In this document: positions 1-13,173 of the stretch, one piece after another
Layout of the letters: each line of letters starts with the position of its first letter
How positions within the stretch are numbered: position 1 is the stretch's first letter
Assembly: GCF_902713615.1 (NCBI RefSeq)
Contig: NC_052151.1
Location: 17,285,238-17,349,237 of the forward strand
Direction: 5' to 3'
DNA length: 64,000 nt
DNA from: Scyliorhinus canicula
Taxonomy: Eukaryota
Program-made: the position numbers and the translations under genes
Notes under the pieces: generated by a model
Database searches by the model: none
Seen by the model: the letters and a program-made list of their open reading frames with translations, nothing else
Told to the model about the DNA's origin: nothing

Positions 1-164
1 TCTCATTCTGGCCTTGTGTGTATTCATGATTTTCATCCTTCCACCACTAGCAGCTACCTGGACTCCAAGCTCCATAATTCCTTCACTAAATCTTGCCAGA
101 TTTGTTTTCTCCTTTACAATATTATTAAAATCTACCTCCTTCCTATTCTAATATCTTCAAGTGG

Positions 165-432
165 CTTGATGTTAGCACTGTTTCTTCACAGCTCCAGGGT
201 CGCAGGTTCGATTCCCGGCTTGGGTTTGCACGTTGTGTGTCTGGGTGGGTTTCCTCCGGGTGCTCTGGTTTCCTCCCACAAGTCCCGAAAGATGTGCTTG
301 TTAGATGAATTGGACTTTCTGATTTCTTCCTCAGTGTACCCGAACAGGCGCCGGAGTGTGGCAACTCGGGGACTTTCACAGTAACTTCATTGCACTGTTA
401 ATATAAGTCTAATTGTGACACGAATAAAGATA
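165..432 (+). mobile_element. tRNA-derived V-SINE (HE1-type head/core) with alternative 'GCCTACTTGTGACA' tail (family B)
   Basis: B-box-like GGTTCGATTCCC, V-core GGGTTTCCTCCGGGTGCTCTGGTTTCCTCCCAC, tail CCGAACAGGCGCCGGAGTGTGGC...TAAGTCTAATTGTGACA. Confidence 0.8.
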
Positions 433-519
433 AATTTCATTTGACAACAGTCCTGTAAAATTCCTGGAGGTTTCACTACATAAGTGGCTGTTTGTGTTCA
501 AAACGTTTAATATATTTGA

Positions 520-750
520 TAAGGTAGATAGAAAAATGTTCTTCTTTCATGGGGAAATCTCAAGAACAAGAATTTAGGTCATCCAGAAACAAAACCAGGA
601 AGCACTTTATCACATAAGGTGCAGATCTTCCCCATAAGATCGAATCTTGGGCACAATTGAAGCTTTCAAAATTGAAGTTGATATTATTGTTGTTAGGTAA
701 AGGTATCAAGGGATTAAAGAGCAAAGACGAGAAAGCAGTTGAAGTGCCAA
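520..750 (+). mobile_element. Old CR1/HER1 LINE 3' fragment
   Basis: Degenerate similarity to the CR1 3' region at 6380-6620 (GGTATCAAGGGATTA...GCAG). Confidence 0.5.
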
Positions 751-1070
751 TCATAGAATCCCTACAGCGTAGATCATTCGGCCCATCAAGTCTGCACCGA
801 CCCTCTGAAAGAGCTTCCTACCTAGGCCCACACCCCACCTTATTCCCCATAACCCTGTAACCCCACCTAATCTGGACACAAGGGGAAATTTATCATGGCC
901 AATCTCCTAACCTGTACATCCTTGGAATGTGGGAGGCAACTGGAGCACCCGGAGGAAATTCATGCCGACATGGGGAGAACGTTCAAACTCCACACAGTCA
1001 CCCAAGGCTGGAATTGAACACAGATTCCTGGCGCTATGAAGCAGCAGTGCTAACTACTGTGACATTGTGC
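751..1070 (-). mobile_element. HE1-like SINE (V-SINE, HER1-type tail)
   Basis: Reverse-strand tRNA head, V-core and tail ending GATTCTATGA. Confidence 0.85.
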
Positions 1071-2725
1071 CACCTACTGATCAAACGGAACAACAGAGCA
1101 GGGTCAAGAGGCTGAATGGCCCAAGGTGCCTAAGCATCACTCAACACCAAGAACTGGTGCGCTGCTGGACTGTGCTGCCTTCTATCTTACGCTGTGCTCC
1201 TGTGCCAGATGGCACCAACCAAGTTTCAGCAACAGATTTATCTGGTTTTGTCTTGCATTTGTAATGGTGTGGCATAAAAGTGGGAAAATGTTTAAATAGA
1301 AAAAATATAAACGGTCTCGCTTTGAAGAACAGTAAGCTGGAATTTATAGATGATCAATTCCCACAGCATTGCTTTTCTCCCAGAGACCCAAAATCGTCCG
1401 TTAGTTGTACCATGTGAAAGGGGACAAGAATAGAAGAATCAAGAATACAATGGAATTCATCATATAGTGGCCTTTGTAGCTGAGTTAATCACATATATGG
1501 AAGAACCAAGCAGGTAGCTATTAAAAATGGCCAAGGGAAAACTAACAGCGAAATGGGATTGCAGTAAATAGCTGCAGTGTGGAGCTGGCAGAGACATAAA
1601 GGGACCAAATTAGTTTCTTCATTTGGAGGCTTCTACGATAAACTGCAAACTAAAATAATAATGGTGATAAAAAGTCAGAAAGATTTTACGTATAACCGAA
1701 TTACCACCCAGAAGCATTAACCCCAATTCCACTACAACTTACACTGAAGAACCCTCAGCAACCTCAGACATTTCTTCAATCATATTAGCATTTATTGGTG
1801 CATAGTCATCAGGAATAACTAATTCCTGTTAATTTATGGTATGGCTGTCACCATGGGTGCGAGAGAAATGAAACAGGATCCCATTCGAGCAATTTTAGCC
1901 GGGCCATTTCCCGTCGCATTAAACACTTCACTTCTGGGCCTCGGCAAGGAACACCCCACTAAGGTCACACTTAGTACCATTTCCTGCACGAACCTGGGAC
2001 CTCAGCGCCATGAGACGGCAGTGCTAACCACTGTGCCGCAGTGTTGCCAGATATAAATTAGTCTTAACAGTTATAATGGATCACTTTTCATTTTTGTGGG
2101 GGTGGATTCAAATAGATTTTCACATGATCTTAAACATTAGAGAATGATGCCGGCATGCTTAAGTGGCGAGAATCTATTTTAATGGGACAAAAGGCATTAT
2201 AGGGGCAGACATTTTGTTCAGGATTCGGTCTCTTATGATATCAAAAACAAAATCAGTGATGTCTCAGTATAGGCAGCAAGAGTACGGAGCAGTAATCCTT
2301 CAATAGTATTAATGGTGTGACGTTTCATATAGCCACATCATCAGGAAATCTCTGCCTTGAGTAATTTATTCATTTCACTATCCATAGAGATCGCTGTGGA
2401 AAAATCAATGATTAAATGCTGGAGTCACAGTTAGATAGTAAAACATCCACCATTAATTCTATCAAGAAAATAAGATTTCGTTTAACTATATAAAAAGTGG
2501 TTTGTTCATATTTCAACTATCAAGTATGAACTATTGGATGAATGGGAATTGACGAAACAACAATATCCAGTAGCACTCAAGTTTTAAATCAATGATGTTA
2601 AAAGATTTGCAGTGTCAAAGAAAATGGTCCATACAATCCAGATAGACAGTAATCCAATTTTGAGGGCTCAACCAGCAGACCTCAGGCTTTAATACTATTT
2701 ATAACACTACACTAACCCCTCCTAC

Positions 2726-2763
2726 CTTCAATTGGATTGCATCCAACAGATCACTGACAGATC
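2726..2763 (-). CDS. Candidate 38-nt coding exon of an unidentified host gene, (G)SVSDLLDAIQLK
   Basis: Minus strand gtctctttcacttacAG|GATCTG...TTGAAG|GTagga; only one frame is open (phase 1 in, phase 0 out); lies in non-repetitive sequence. Confidence 0.6.
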
Positions 2764-2809
2764 CTGTAAGTGAAAGAGACTTTAGATCACACTTTCAGAA
2801 GGATACCCT

Positions 2810-3050
2810 AAAAAGCTTCACAAGTAATTAAATATGGCAGCTAATGTTTACACAAGGTGCAAAATGAGCAGATCAACAACTAGTTAATCTGTTCTTGTAG
2901 GTTAGTTGAGCAAGAAATATTGGCCAGGTCAGGATTAGAGAACTCCCTCCATTTCCGTCTACCTGGGAGAACAGATGGGATTTAGCGTAACTTTTCTGAA
3001 ATACAACATTCCCTCAAAATGGCACTGAAATTTCAGTTCCTACACAACCA
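2810..3050 (-). mobile_element. Ancient DeuSINE/SacSINE1-like fragment
   Basis: AAATATTGGCCAGG...GAGAACTCCC resembles the Deu-domain copies at 43230 and 57255. Confidence 0.45.
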
Positions 3051-3267
3051 TAGTTGAAAAGTAGGACCTCAAAAGGTAGTGAACTCAGGATTACAATATG
3101 AATTCAGAATCCAGTAAAGGAGGGGGAAAAAGATAATAAAGAGAGAAAACAAATTACGAGGGCAAACTAGCGAGGAATATAAAACTGATAATAAGAGCTT
3201 CTTTTAATTATATAAAAAGAGAGGTCAAAGTGAACATAGGCACCTTAGAAAATGAATCTATAAATAA

Positions 3268-3560
3268 TCTTTTTATAATAATCTTTATTGTTGTCACAAG
3301 TAGGTTTACATTAACACTGCAATGAAGTTACTGTGAAAATCCACTAGTCGCCACAGTGTTCAGGTACACGGAGGGAGAATTCAGAATGTCCAATTCACCT
3401 AGCAGCACATCTTTCTGGGCTTGTGGGAGGAAACCAGAGCACCAAGAGGAAACCCACGCAGACACGTGGAGAACTTGCAGACTCCGCACAGACAATGACC
3501 CAAGTGGGAATAAACCCCGGGTCCCTGGCACTGTGAAGCAATAGTGCTAACCACTGTGCT
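3268..3560 (-). mobile_element. V-SINE family B
   Basis: Reverse complement of the same head/core/tail as 165-432. Confidence 0.85.
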
Positions 3561-3676
3561 ACAGAATCTAGGACATAGTTATGGGAACAAGAAAATGGCA
3601 GAGGAGTTAAACAGATATTTTTCATCAGGCTTTATGGTAGAAGATAGTTTGAACATCCCATTAATACTGAAGAATA

Positions 3677-3722
3677 TGGGGGGGGGGGGGGGGGGGAAGA
3701 AAGAGAGAGAGAGAGAGAGAGA
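3677..3722. repeat. Compound microsatellite poly(G)-(GA)n
   Basis: ~20 G followed by an (AG)n run. Confidence 0.9.
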
Positions 3723-4221
3723 TGAATTAAAATAAGTCACCTTCACTGGAGAAGAATTAGACAAATTAATGGGGCGAAAGGCAGATAGGTCCAATGGCCT
3801 AGTGGCTTACATCCTAGGATCCTAAAAGAAGAAGCTAAAGAGATAGTGGATGCAATGGCTATAATTTTCTAAAATCCTTGTAATCTGGACATGTGCTGGA
3901 GGATTGGAAAACTACCAATGCGACACCTATTCAAAAAGGAAGGCAGCACAAAGCAGTTATCGATATGCAATTTGGCCTAATATCTAATGTTGGAAAAATG
4001 TTGGAATCAATTATTAAGGATGTAACAGCAGCACATTTAAAAATCATAATCTAATCAAGCAGAGTCAGCACAACTTCAAGAATGGGAATCGCATCTGACT
4101 AATTTATTACTGTTTTTCAAGGAAGTCTCAACTATAGTGGATAAAGAGGAACTAGAAGAGGTGTTGTATTTGGACTTCTAGCATGCGTTCGACAAGGTAC
4201 CTCTCAAAAGGCTCAGTCATT

Positions 4222-5520
4222 TACGGGATGTGGGCATCCTTGGTTAGGCCTGCATTTGTTACCCACCCCTAGTTGCGCTTCAAAAGGTGGTGGGGATTGC
4301 CTTCTTGAACCGCAGCAGTCCCCACGGTGTAGGTGCACCCACTGTATTGTTAGGGAGAGAATTCCAGGATTTTGCCCCCACGACAGTGAAGGAACGGTGA
4401 TATATTTCCAAGTCGGGGTGGTGAGTGACTTGGAGTGGAACCTCCAGATGGTGGAGTTCCCAGGTTATCTGCTGTTCTTGTCCTTCTAGATGGTAGCAGT
4501 CATGGGTTTGAAAGGTGCTGCCTAAGGAACCTTGGTGAGTTACTGCAGTGCATCTTGTACGCATGGCTGCCACTATTCGTCAGTGGTGGAGGGTTTGAAT
4601 GTTTGTGGAAGGCTGCTTTGTATTGGATGGTGTCAAGCTCCTAGAGTGTTGTTGGAGTTGCACTCACCCAGGTAGGTGGAGAGTATTCCATTGCACTTCT
4701 GACATGTGTTTTGCAGATGATGGACAGGCTTTGAGGCGGGGGGGGGAGAAAGAGTTACTCAGCGGAGGATTCTTAGCCTTTGATCTGCTCTGGTAGTCAC
4801 AGGTCAGGAGCCGAGTGACCCTGGCGAAATCCAAGCTGAGCATCCGTGAGCAGGTTATTGCTGAGTAAGTGCTGCTTGATAGCACTGTTTTTTGTTTACA
4901 TTAAAAAAAAGTTATTTTCTTTTCCAATTAAGGGGCAATTTAGCGTGGCCAATCCACCTAACCTGCACATCTTTGGGTTGTGGGGGGTGAAACCCACGCA
5001 GACATGGAGAGAATGTGCAAACTCCACATGGGCATTCACCCAGGGCCGGGATTCGAACCCAGGTCCTCAGCGCCGCAGTCCCAGTACTAACCACTGCGCC
5101 ACATGCCACACCCTCACTGCGCCATTCGCCGCCCCCTCGATAGCACTGTTGATGACTCCTTCCATCACTTTGCTGATGGAGAGTAGACAGATAGGGCAGT
5201 AATTGGCTGGGTTGGAGTTGTCCTGATTCTTGTGTACAGGACACACCGAGGCAATTTTACACATTGCCAGGTAAATGCCTGTGTTGTAGCTATACTGGAA
5301 CAGCTTGGCTAGGGATACGGCAAGTTCTGGAGCACAAGTCTTCAGTATTGTTGCTGAGATATTGTCAGGGCCCATAGCCTTTAAAGTATCCAGTGCCTTC
5401 AGCTGTTTCTTGATATCACGGAGTGAATCGTGTTGGCTGAAGATTGATGTGTGTGATGCTGGGGTAGGAGGAGACAGAAATGGATCATCCACTCGACACG
5501 TCTGGTTGAAGACTGCTGGA
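4222..5520 (-). mobile_element. Jockey/L2-CR1-group LINE fragment ('LINE-B')
   Basis: ORF 5067..5729 segment KAMGPDNISATILKTCAPELAVSLAKLFQYSYNTGIY..NYCPICLLS; 3' tail shared with 29100-31060. Confidence 0.8.
4905..5110 (-). mobile_element. HE1-like SINE, short form, nested in LINE-B
   Basis: tRNA head and V-core ending CCCCTTAATTGGAAA; GATAGCACTGTT occurs on both sides of the insertion. Confidence 0.8.
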
Positions 5521-5685
5521 GGTAGTATATTGGCATAGATAGAGAACTGGCCAGTGGGCAAGAAACTAAGTGGAGATAAAGGGTTATTTTTCAGGTTGGC
5601 GACCCAGTAACCAGTGGGGTTCCACAGGGATGATTGCTGGAACTGCAACTGTTTATAATATGTATTAATGACTTGGAGGAAGGAA

Positions 5686-5860
5686 TGAAATGAAAATGAA
5701 AATCGCTTATTGTCACGAGTAGGCTTCAATGAAGTTACTGTGAAAAGCCCCTAGTCGCCACATTCCGGCACCTGTCCGGGGAGGCTGGTACGGGAATCGA
5801 ACCGTGCTGCTGGCCTGCTTGGTCTGCTTTAAAAGCCAGCGATTTAGCCAAGTGAGCCAA
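5686..5860 (-). mobile_element. Short tRNA-derived SINE family C (no V-core; 'GAAGCCTACTYGTGACAATAAGCGATT' tail)
   Basis: Near-identical to copies at 24032, 60742 and 60950. Confidence 0.85.
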
Positions 5861-7162
5861 ATTAGCAGAAGACACAAAAATTGGCGGAAAGGCAAGTTGC
5901 AAGAGGGATACAAACAGTTTGCAAAGAGATATTGATAGGTGGACAAAATGCTGGCAAATGGATTATAATCTGGGAAAATGTAAAGTTGTTCATTTTGGAA
6001 GGGAGAACAGAGCATTTATTATTTAAATGGAGAATAACTGTAGAAGCTGCAACACAAAGCTGCAGCACGAAATACAGAAAGCTACCAAACTGATGTAACA
6101 GGTAATCAGGAAGGCTAATGGAATGTTGGCCCTTAGGGGGTTGGAGTGTGAGAGTAGGGAAATCTGTACACATTACTGGTGAGCCCACTCCTGGAGTGCT
6201 GAGAGCAGTTTTGATTCCCTTATTTTGTTAAAGACAAGATATTATTTCACAGAAGGTTCACTAGGATGATCCCCAGTATGGAGGGATTGTCTTATGATCA
6301 AAGGAACAGGTTGGGACTCTACTATTGGAATTAAGAATGAGAGATGATCTCATTAAAACATATAGGATTCTTAAGGGATTTGACAGGGTAAATGCTGAAT
6401 GTTTCCCCTCACAGGACAGTCTAGGACCAGAGGACATTTTCTCAGAATAAAGAGGTGCAATTAAGACTTCGATGAAGAGGAATTGCTTGAGGGTTGAGAA
6501 TCTTTGCAACTCCTTGCCACAGAGAGCTATGGGGCAGATTCCTTGCGTATATTTAAGGTTGAGATAGATGCTTGATCAGTAAGGGAATCAAGGGTTACGG
6601 AGAACGGGCAAGAAAGTGGACGCGAGGCATGCTTTATCAGTCATGATAGTATTGAATGGTGGAGCAGGCTTGAGGGGCCGAACAGCCTACTCCTGTTCCT
6701 ATTTCTTATGGTCTTACAGAAGCAGCCATCATGCCAATCATGTTGATGCTAGCAGTTTGCCACAGCATTCAAACACTCCCCACACCCCTTTAAAGTACTA
6801 AGTACCAGTCTACAAATTGACTTCTCTCTAAACCCAAGTCCAAATAGCTTACATATGCACAAAGAATAAAGAAATGTGGACACAGCACTGACATCTAGAG
6901 TACACTATATCTAACCCTCTGTTTGTCCATTTGTCACCAAATGTTCATCCACCGTCAAAAATCACCCTGCACCATACTGCGACATTACCACATACACCAC
7001 ATTCCTATTTTTAAACAAGTTGCTTACTGAAAACATTCCAAAAATGCACTAACTGTATTCCCTTAATCTATCAATCGAGTCACCTTTTCAGGAAAAACTG
7101 ATCTGCTAAATCCAATGGGTTCTAACGAATCCATGGTAGCTGTCCTCGTTTAACTCTATTTC

Positions 7163-7390
7163 GGGGCAGCAAGGTGGCACAGTGTTTATCACTGCTGCCT
7201 CATGACGCCAAGGTCCCAGGTTCGATCCCGGCTCTGGGTCACTGTCCGTGTGGAGTTTGCACATTCTTCCCGTGTTTGCGTGCGTTTCGCCCCCACAACC
7301 AAAGATGTGCAGGGTAGGTGGATTGGCCACGCTAAATTGCCCCTTGGAAAAAATGAATTGGTACTCTAAATTTAAATTTTTTTTTTTTAA
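7163..7390 (+). mobile_element. HE1-like SINE, short form
   Basis: GGGGCAGCAAGGTGGCACAGTG head, GGTTCGATCCC, V-core. Confidence 0.85.
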
Positions 7391-7864
7391 ATAAAAAACT
7401 ATTTCTAAACATTCATTAATTTAATCCCGAATTATGCATTTGAGAAGAAATCCCATAGTTGATGTCACGAGCTGAAGCACTGGAGTGGGGCTTGAAACCA
7501 CAACCTTATGACAAAGGTAAGTATGACAGCACCAAGCCCAGTTGGCCCTCTAAAAATGCAACAAGGCGAACAGCATTTGAGAATGCAGAATTAACCCAAA
7601 TTTCCGAAAACATGTAGGTGAGATGTAGAAAGGTATAGGCACACTGTAACAAATGAGAAACATTAAATTTGGACAATGACCTGAACGTCTTGTTTGAAAT
7701 GGCTTCCCCGTCCTCTGTTAACATAATAACCCAAAACGAGCAGCATCAGCAAGTCAGATTGAGAGAAATTTTCACAATGATGCAGTAAAGCAACAAGACA
7801 GATCAGTGGGATGGAAATTCAAACCTTTAGCATAATAAGATGTACCAAGGCTTTTCAGAGGAGC

Positions 7865-8015
7865 ATAATAACAATCTTTATTATTGTAACAAGTAGGCTT
7901 ACATCAACACTGCAATGAAGTTACTGTGAAAATCCGCTAATCGCCACACTCCAGCGCCTGTTTGGGTACACGGAGGGAGAATTCAGAATGTCCAATTCAC
8001 CTAACAAGCACGTCT
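7865..8015 (-). mobile_element. SINE family B 3' half
   Basis: Tail sequence as at 3268. Confidence 0.75.
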
Positions 8016-8039
8016 TGACAACGAACCCCATAAGGGGTA

Positions 8040-9300
8040 TTCGGTTAGATGACCAAAGGTTTGGCCAAAGAGGTAGTAAAGGAACTTAAAAGGAAAAAAG
8101 AGAGGTGGAGGGATGTAGGTCAGGAATTCTAGAGCATAGTGTCTAGGAAAATGAAAGAATGGTGATCAATGGCGGAACAATTAAAAGTCAGGGATGTTCA
8201 AGAAGTCAGTTAGATGTCAGTTAGGCTCAGGCTGCAGGAGATTACAGAGATAGGGAGAGGTGAGTGGGGAGAAGAGGGATTTGAAAACGAAGGGGAGAAT
8301 TAGAAATAGAGGGATTTGAAAACAAAGGGGAGAATTTTAATCAAGACATTGCTTGAGAATAGGTGAGCAGAACCAGGGGCGAGTTAAGGCAGGAGAAGCA
8401 GAGCTTTCAATGATCACAAGTTTACAGGGAGTAAAAACGTGGGAGATTAGCCCAGGAAATGCATTGGGAGAGTCAAATCTGGGGATAACAATAGCATTGA
8501 CGAGATGAACTAAGACAGGGATGAAGTTAGACAGTGTTATGGCAGCGGAAGGTGGTTTCAGTGATGGCGTGATTATATGGCAGGAAGCTCAGCTTGGGGT
8601 CAAACAAGCTACTTTGGCCTCAGACAATTGATAGCAAGGGGGATGGAGTGGGTCATTAGGGAATGGAATTTGGAACAGGGAACAAAAGCAATGGCTTCCT
8701 AATATTTAAATGGAGAAAATTTCTGTTCATCCAATACTGGTAATTTCGGGAGTGGCGGAGTTGAGAGGGGTAGTTGCGAGGTAGAGCTGGGTGTCGATAG
8801 TGTACATATGAAACTGATGCCTTTAAATAATGACACCAAGGAGCAGCACATTGATGAGAAACTGGAGGAGCCAAAGATAGATCCTTGAGGCGACAGAGGT
8901 AATGGTGTGGGTTCAGAAGAAAAGCTACTGCAAAAGATACCGAGGAACCTTTCAAGAGCAGTTCAATCGGCTGGACAATGGAGGAGAGGAGTTAGAGGAA
9001 GACATTGTGGTCAACCATATCAAAAGCTACAGATTGGTCGGGAAGGATGAGGGGGAACGGTCACCTTTGCTATCGTCACCGATAATAGCCATTTCAATAC
9101 TGTAGCAGGATTGAAGACCTGACTGGAAGGATTCAAGTGCTGAGTTCTGGGAGATAGGTACGGAGAAGAGTACAACTTACATTTAAGTAGAGCTTGTAGC
9201 ATAGCAAAACAGAGATATGTTTTTACAGGAGCAGAATTCAATAAAATTATTTCACCAAGCCAAAGAGACGACATTAGGATAGGTGGTTAAAACCTTGGTG
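8040..9300 (-). mobile_element. Old L2 LINE remnant
   Basis: Minus strand at 8770-8900 reads PQGSIFG...ISFHMYT.DTQLYL, an L2 RT YADD-region variant. Confidence 0.65.
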
Positions 9301-11499
9301 AAAGGAGCACCTTTAAAAAGGAGATCGAGGTGGGGAGAAATTTTGTAGGGTATTCCAGAGTTCAGGATCTAAACAGTAGACTGCCAATTATGGGGCAATT
9401 GGGATCAGGACTGCAAGAATTGGAGAAACAGCATGGGGTTTTCTGGCCTTGCCCACCATCAGATCGTTTGGTCCAGATCGAAAGACAATGGAGGCAGAAG
9501 CTCAGGCCTCTATATTCTTGCCTTCACTAAGACCACTTGCTTCCACCTCTAATACCAGCAGCTGTCTCAGCTCATGTGTTTCAACCCGTATCCATGCCGT
9601 TGCTAGTTCCAGGCACACACATTCCAATAGGATACTGAGGTTCATAATACTCGGTGCTGTTTGAAACAATTGTCATAGAAATGAATTCAATCTGTGGCTA
9701 GTGAATGGGGTTTTGGGCTTCGGTCTTTCCAATGCTTAACTGAAGGACATTTGTTTGGCACATCCTGTTGGACAAGCCTCATGGCAACACAGAAGTGGTG
9801 GAGGCGTTGAGAGTAATAGTTCCGCTGAGTAGTTTTAACAGGAGACTGCTGTGTACCATCTGATACTTCTTAAATCTGTCAGGTTTGATTATGAATTTTC
9901 AATGTAGATTCCAATCCACTCTCTTGCAGGCAAGGGCATTCCCTAAACCATGCAAAGAAGCCAACCTTTTCCTCCCTAAATTCTCACTACGGTCAAATCC
10001 AAATTATTGTACCAAGTCTCCCTTTCCAATTTAATTTTCCTGACCCTCATTGGAAAACGACAGGTTTTTCAATTTGGGATTCCAGAGCCCAAGGCGACCC
10101 CTATATTACCTCAATGTTTCTTGATCATTATTCCGATTTCTTTATTTATTACTTTAGATAGTACATTATTTATGTTTTATGTAGTGACTAAAAACTGTTC
10201 TCTCTTCCTTTGGCTGGTTGACAGTCTTTCTGAATGTTGAACGGAATGAGTTGACATATGCACAGCTTGAAAACAACTGCTCAAAGCTGTGCAGTTCCTA
10301 ACTCAGTCTCTCCTTTCTTCTACAATTTTCAAATATGGAAAACATAGCATCTAATGACTAATTCTGGATTTATCCCATTTCCTTTCCACTGGAGTGACTC
10401 CTGCAGTCTAGGCCTTTGCACTGTCCCCTCACCCAATTTATTCAAATACATGAGATTCCTATATTGAGCTTGCACTATATTTCTATTAAGGACTTTGCTG
10501 CTGCATTGCGACAGGTCCCGTTGGTTCTGCAGTTTTAGGTGTTTCATCCTCTCTAATGACTGCCATTAAGAACATCTCAACATACTGGCCATCTCCAGCT
10601 GATATTCCAGCAGGTTTGACTTGCCCCCACCAACACAGTGACAATCAAGCTTTCCTGAAGTAAAAATGAATGAGAATAAAAATCCGTCACATAATTTCAG
10701 CTTGCATCTACTAACGGTTTTAAACTCAAATGGATTTTTAAAAATCTGCCACGGCTTTGTTACACCTTCCGCAATTCAACTTCAGAATATTCAGACCAAA
10801 CATAAGAGGATATAAACCCTCCAGTTTTTATTTAAAACATGTCGGAAACATCATGATTTTGAAAAGATGCAAAGCAAGCTCAATAGACAAAAGATTTAAA
10901 CTTTGGACTGAAAATTGAACCAACACAGAAATGTTTACAATGCCATTGCATAATTGCACCTGATTAATAATACCAGTTCAACACAAACTGGGTGTTGGAG
11001 GAAATCAGCATTTAAGTAGGACACAGATCATGGCGCTCAAGACTGCATGTACTACAAAAGGTGGCCACAAACAAATTTTCATTGGTGAAAAAAAACCTCT
11101 GACGGGGCAGTGAATGGTGAACAAGTGGTAAAAGTGGAGCTGTCTGCTTATGTCACCAGCAAAACAGCAGTAACGGAACCCAGAGAGTGAGCATTTGAAT
11201 TCTATTACTGTAACTTGTAAAACAGAATTCAGTAAACATGGACATTTGTGGCCGATCAGGATTGATGCTGTTGGACTGTTGTTAAAAACTCACTAATTAC
11301 TATCCTGTACGCTGGAGTCTTTTGGGTGGTTAAAATCACCAATGTGGCAAATTGAAAACATGTCACCATGGTGAAGTAAACAATATTACTTATATCCAGT
11401 ACTGATAAATCATGCCCAAAATAGAACACATTTCACCAGACCAAAAAGCAGTTTTAAACCACATTATTTTTTAAAGTTGGTGGCAGCAGCATCCTTCCA

Positions 11500-12000
11500 T
11501 CTGTTTAAGTTGGAATCAGCAAATCAAGTCTATTGGAGGTGTGGTGGCTGCATATGGTGCACTTCTGCTGATAGCTGAAGAGACCAATTTTTGAGAAGCA
11601 GGTTCTTCCACAAGGAGCTATCCAGACATGGTTGTTATTTTCAGTATTGGAACCGGTTGTCAAGCTGCTGTAGCCACCAATCATGGCAGTGCACACTAGC
11701 CCACAGGTGACAGACATTTACTTTTGTCATCAGCTAGTGTCTATCAGGTACAATAAAATAATTTTCGGGCCTTCAGGTTATCCTGAAGCTTTGGGCTTCC
11801 TACTGATCATTTGGCGCCAACTATCTCACATTACAGAAAATTCATATATGTTATCATCTTCCATCTTGCAAATGTACCCAGACAGTGAAGTCACTGCTGC
11901 TTGAGGAGTGTCAATGCAAGACTGATGTACTAATAGGGTGAATAAAATTGTCCATACAATTTTGATGTCAATTGAATCCTATTTGGGGTGAGCAATTATT
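11500..12000 (-). mobile_element. Old RTE LINE 3' remnant
   Basis: LLKQ..LHCLG.ICKMED...TLADDKSK and the C-terminal zinc-finger-like CGRTCFSKIGLFSYQQKC. Confidence 0.65.
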
Positions 12001-12394
12001 TTTCCTTACAATTAAGCAATTTTCTTCCTTTCGTCAAATGGCAATAATGGGGTGCACACTAGCCCACAGGTGACAGACATTCACCTGACACTGAAAAGTA
12101 TCCATTATTTGAGCATCAGCTTTTCTTTTCATCCATTTCAACAGGACACTCCAGGGACTTCACCTCTAATCAGATCAAGTCCATTATAATAATATTATTG
12201 TGGTGACTAATCGGCAGACAGCAACAAAACGTCATCAAAAATGACAGCACTTGCCAGTCAAGGCAGTCTCAGGCCCTCTCCCATCCCTTTCCCTCCGTTA
12301 CATTAATTACTAGATCAATGCCGCTTCATGCCCTCGTCTGGATCCATTTCCTATTTCTACCACTCCCTCACTTTCACATGGTCCATCTAAGACA

Positions 12395-12990
12395 CTTCCC
12401 TTCCTTGACCACTCTGGTGATTAGAAACTCAGATTCCAGCTCCTCGTACCTTGTAAGGACGCCATCCCATTCTCCCAGTTTCTCTGCCTCCGGTGCATCT
12501 TTTGATAATGCCACATTCCAAAACAGTGCTTTGTACATGCCTTTTTCCTCAACACAGGCTCTTCTCTTCTCCTCCCCCCCCCCCCCCCCCAAACACATAC
12601 TGTACCAACCCATTTCCTGAATCTCCACCCTCATTCTTTCCACAGCCTACAAGAATCATGACAGGGTCCCTCTTGTCATCACTTATCAACTCACCAGCCT
12701 CCGCATTCAAAGGATCATCCTCCACCATTTCCACCAACTCCAGTATGATGCCATCACTAAACACAAGTTGTTCCCCTCACCCCCCCCCCCCCCCCCCCCC
12801 CCCCAGTTAGCATTTCTCAAGGACCCCTTCCTTTGTGACACCTTGGTCCACTCTTCCATCACCCCCAAGCCCTCATCTCCTTCCCAGGTTATCACAGAAG
12901 GTGCAAGATCTGCCCCTCCTCACTGTATACAAGGCCCCAAACACTCTTTTAAGGTGACACAGTATTTCATCCGCACCTCCTTGGCTTACT
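12395..12990 (+). mobile_element. Penelope-like element ORF remnant (RT thumb/linker toward GIY-YIG)
   Basis: CKDAIPFSQFLCLR, DNATFQNSA, DRVPLVITY, LCDTLVHSS; frameshifted, with poly(C) tracts. Confidence 0.75.
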
Positions 12991-13173
12991 GTGTTCTCTG
13001 CTACCCACTGTGGTAACCGCTATGCTACTGTGCTGCCATATTAGTCACAATTTACAGGCCACAAACTTTTTGCGGAGCCTAATGTTTCCAGAGGCTCCGG
13101 ACTCCCAAGTCCTTTAGAGTCAGTGCAGACACAATGGGCTGAATGGCCTCCTTCTGCACTGTAGGGATTCTTA

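Larger units (their letters stand above)
3115..6715 (+). mobile_element. CR1/HER1 LINE (degenerate ORF2 RT to 3' tail) split by nested insertions
   Basis: Peptide remnants GLHPRILKE, LDF..AFDKVP, Q.LEE; 3' tail GGCCGAACAGCCTACTCCTGTTCCTATTTCTTATGGTCTTA; interrupted at 3268-3560, 4222-5520 and 5686-5860. Confidence 0.8.

Noticed and set aside
2726-2763. Assigning GSVSDLL to an STE20 kinase (STK3/TAOK) or naming the gene SASH1
   Set aside because: The match is too short, and the flanking residues and exon size do not fit what I recall of those genes.
5067-5729. 220-aa ORF as a host protein
   Set aside because: Chance read-through of SINE, antisense CR1, LINE-B RT and SINE pieces.
7596-7643. 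Additional minus-strand exon after a good acceptor (tttctcatttgttacAG)
   Set aside because: Only a weak donor (GTTAAT) and no recognisable peptide.
8274-8336. ~30-bp tandem duplication
   Set aside because: Ordinary slippage within an L2 relic.
12318-13016. Proline/glycine-rich ORFs (formin-like)
   Set aside because: Translations of poly(C)/poly(G) tracts inside a Penelope relic.
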